IMG/VR virus record: IMGVR_UViG_3300021399_000122
Span: 40,849 to 104,848 of that record
Length of the DNA stretch: 64,000 nucleotides
Direction: 5' to 3' (one strand)
From: a virus
Taxonomy: Duplodnaviria; Caudoviricetes
Positions 62,616 to 64,000 of this stretch are shown here, piece after piece. A program made the translations under genes and the position numbers. Under the pieces are notes generated by a model, which searched no databases, was not told where the DNA came from, and saw only the letters and a list, made by a program, of their open reading frames with translations. Position 1 is the stretch's first letter. Each line of letters opens with the position of its first letter.

Positions 62616-62942
62616 AGTCTAATCTCGTAATATTTGGGATCCGGATACGATCCAGAATTTCCAGGTAAACGCAGGGCTTTATAACACACTCTCATCCTTT
62701 TTGAAACCATTTTTGCTTTAAATTGCAAAAGTATTTTGCAAAAAGTTAGGCAAAGTTTGGTAAAGTTTGGTAAGTTTAATAAAAACCTCGGCGCATCCTG
62801 TACTTTCGAGGTGACGGCGTGCTCGCTTCCCGCCAGCAGGTGCCTGCTGCGGCTCCTCCTGCTGCCTCCTTTCCCTCTCAAGTTGTAACTTCCGCTGACA
62901 GCAGAAGCTCCTGACCAAACGATCAAGACATTGCATTAGACT
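62616..62942 (-). ncRNA. Retron msr-msd unit 1 (canonical position upstream of the RT)
   Basis: a2 AGTCTAAT (62942-62935) pairs with a1 ATTAGACT (62623-62616). Branch G at 62934; hairpins TCTTGATC-GTTT-GGTCAGGA and GCTTCTGCT-GTC-AGCGGAAGT; ends just before the RT RBS. Confidence 0.85.
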
Positions 62943-62970
62943 AAATTTTACTTACTTGTTTTTTGTATCT

Positions 62971-63639
62971 TTAGAACGCATCGAGTGTGAAGTGGAACCC
63001 ATCCATTAAAACAAGCTTTTTAATTTCGCCTGTCTTAACGAAGTTGATGAAGTTGTTCACCCCATATGCACAGATCAACCGCACGGTTGTTGCAACGCCC
63101 AGCGTGACACCACACGCTGAAACCGGAGTGTCTGCGTCGGCTTCTTCTGGTGTGAAATCCATAGACTTGAAGAGATCCTCCTTCATCTGTGGATTGTTCC
63201 AGTCAGCCGCATAATGCTGTGCCCCTTCGAGCTCTGTTCTGAAGTCGAAAACCGCCTTCACTGTTGGCGATTTCATATGGACTTTCATGAACTCCTGTCT
63301 GACCGTGATCGAGTCAACACAGAGGAACACATAACCGGAGACAATCTGACCCTCCCAACCGGAGCGAATCTTAACTTCGTCTGCACAATCCGGGTTGATT
63401 TCGGTGAGGATTTCCTTCAGCGCCTCGGTCTTCTTCATACCGACCTGACGCGGAAGATACATCTGATTCACAACGTTCTTGGATTCGACCTTGTCAAAAT
63501 CCCACAGAACAAACTTTGTGATACCACATCTCGCAAGATTCTCTGCGATCGTTGAACCGACGGAACCACATCCAATGATGTGTACTTTTCCATCGACCAT
63601 CTCAGGCTGAAAATATTCATAAGACTTACTCAGATCCAT
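62971..63639 (-). CDS. ThiF/MoeB/E1-family adenylyltransferase
   Basis: 'IIGCGSVGS', 'LARCG', 'DFDKVE.KN..NQ', 'K.EAL', 'CVDS...R' and a C-terminal 'SACG'. Confidence 0.88.
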   Translation of the reverse strand: MDLSKSYEYFQPEMVDGKVHIIGCGSVGSTIAENLARCGITKFVLWDFDKVESKNVVNQMYLPRQVGMKKTEALKEILTEINPDCADEVKIRSGWEGQIVSGYVFLCVDSITVRQEFMKVHMKSPTVKAVFDFRTELEGAQHYAADWNNPQMKEDLFKSMDFTPEEADADTPVSACGVTLGVATTVRLICAYGVNNFINFVKTGEIKKLVLMDGFHFTLDAF

Positions 63640-63648
63640 ATACCCTCC

Positions 63649-64000
63649 TTATCCGAATAACTCGCTCAGAGCCTGATTCGCTCTGAGAACCTCTTCATCG
63701 TGTGCCATTGCTGCGGCGATAATCGCATCAACATCATCGTCGTTGATCTGTGGAACTTCAGTGGGGGCTTCAGCCACAGGCTCGGGGCATACCCGTCTTT
63801 CGTATGTGGCGTTTGCCATTGCATCTGCAATATTGCCGGGTTCAAGTTCCTCGAACTCATCAGATACCGCAGGTTCAGCGGGCGCTTCCTCCTCCTCTTC
63901 CTCTTCGCTGTCAAACCAGTTGTCGTTGTCGAGAGCATCGAGAACCTGTTCTTTGAGTTCGTTGAATTCATAATCCCCGATGCCAGTCCACGTGCCATCA
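63649..64000 (-). CDS. Partial acidic protein (5' end outside the window)
   Basis: Open frame '...DGTWTGIGDYEFNELKEQVLDALDNDNWFDSEEEEEEEAPAE...ALSELFG*' ending at the ThiF RBS; a different frame from the 63666-63998 track ORF. Confidence 0.7.
   Translation of the reverse strand, partial: DGTWTGIGDYEFNELKEQVLDALDNDNWFDSEEEEEEEAPAEPAVSDEFEELEPGNIADAMANATYERRVCPEPVAEAPTEVPQINDDDVDAIIAAAMAHDEEVLRANQALSELFG

Noticed and set aside
60905-62935. DGR interpretation of the RT plus the repeat pair 60905-60970 / 62869-62935 (TR/VR)
   Set aside because: Both copies are non-coding, the differences are not restricted to adenines and preserve hairpins, no Avd-like gene is present, and the RT has retron motifs.
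62585-62936. Track ORFs 62585-62926 and 62718-62936 (-), and 60688-60924 (+)
   Set aside because: They overlap the msr-msd units, have no convincing RBS and have atypical composition.
61392-62942. Group II intron
   Set aside because: There is no maturase/X domain, no recognisable domain V or GUGYG/AY boundaries, and no interrupted gene.
63666-63998. Track ORF of 110 aa (-)
   Set aside because: Wrong frame; the neighbouring frame gives an acidic protein ending at 63649, coupled to the ThiF RBS.

Overview
This is a 64-kb segment of a large temperate siphophage of a Bacillota (Firmicutes)-type host; no host chromosomal DNA is recognisable. The + strand (1-25.3 kb) carries the tape-measure protein (5' end outside the window), distal tail and tail proteins, a cassette of tail-associated NlpC/P60-like proteins, fibres, a CHAP endolysin, a holin, tRNA-Gln(TTG) and a tandem-duplicated C5 DNA methyltransferase. 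The - strand (25.3-64 kb) carries many small accessory genes, a Tn916-type integrase with an apparently intact attP and a separate Xis, nucleotide-metabolism genes (dUTPase, NrdG, PhoH, ClpP-like, dNMP kinase, ThyX-like) and a replisome (DnaE, primase, DnaB, nuclease, SSB, ERF). It also carries an SPbeta MrpR/YopR-like repressor next to a MazF/PemK toxin, a cysteine desulfurase, a second tyrosine recombinase, a retron-type reverse transcriptase and a ThiF/E1 enzyme. The main finding is that the single retron RT (61392-62597, -) is accompanied by four retron-like msr-msd ncRNA units: one in the canonical upstream position (62616-62942) and three in a downstream array (60643-60978, 60225-60390, 60009-60217). 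Each unit has its own a1/a2 inverted repeat, a G:G at the stem base and a covarying two-hairpin msr, while the msd templates are unrelated. This suggests one RT making several different msDNAs. A tRNA-like ncRNA without an anticodon arm lies at 39840-39957 (-). All family assignments are by motif recognition; no searches were run.
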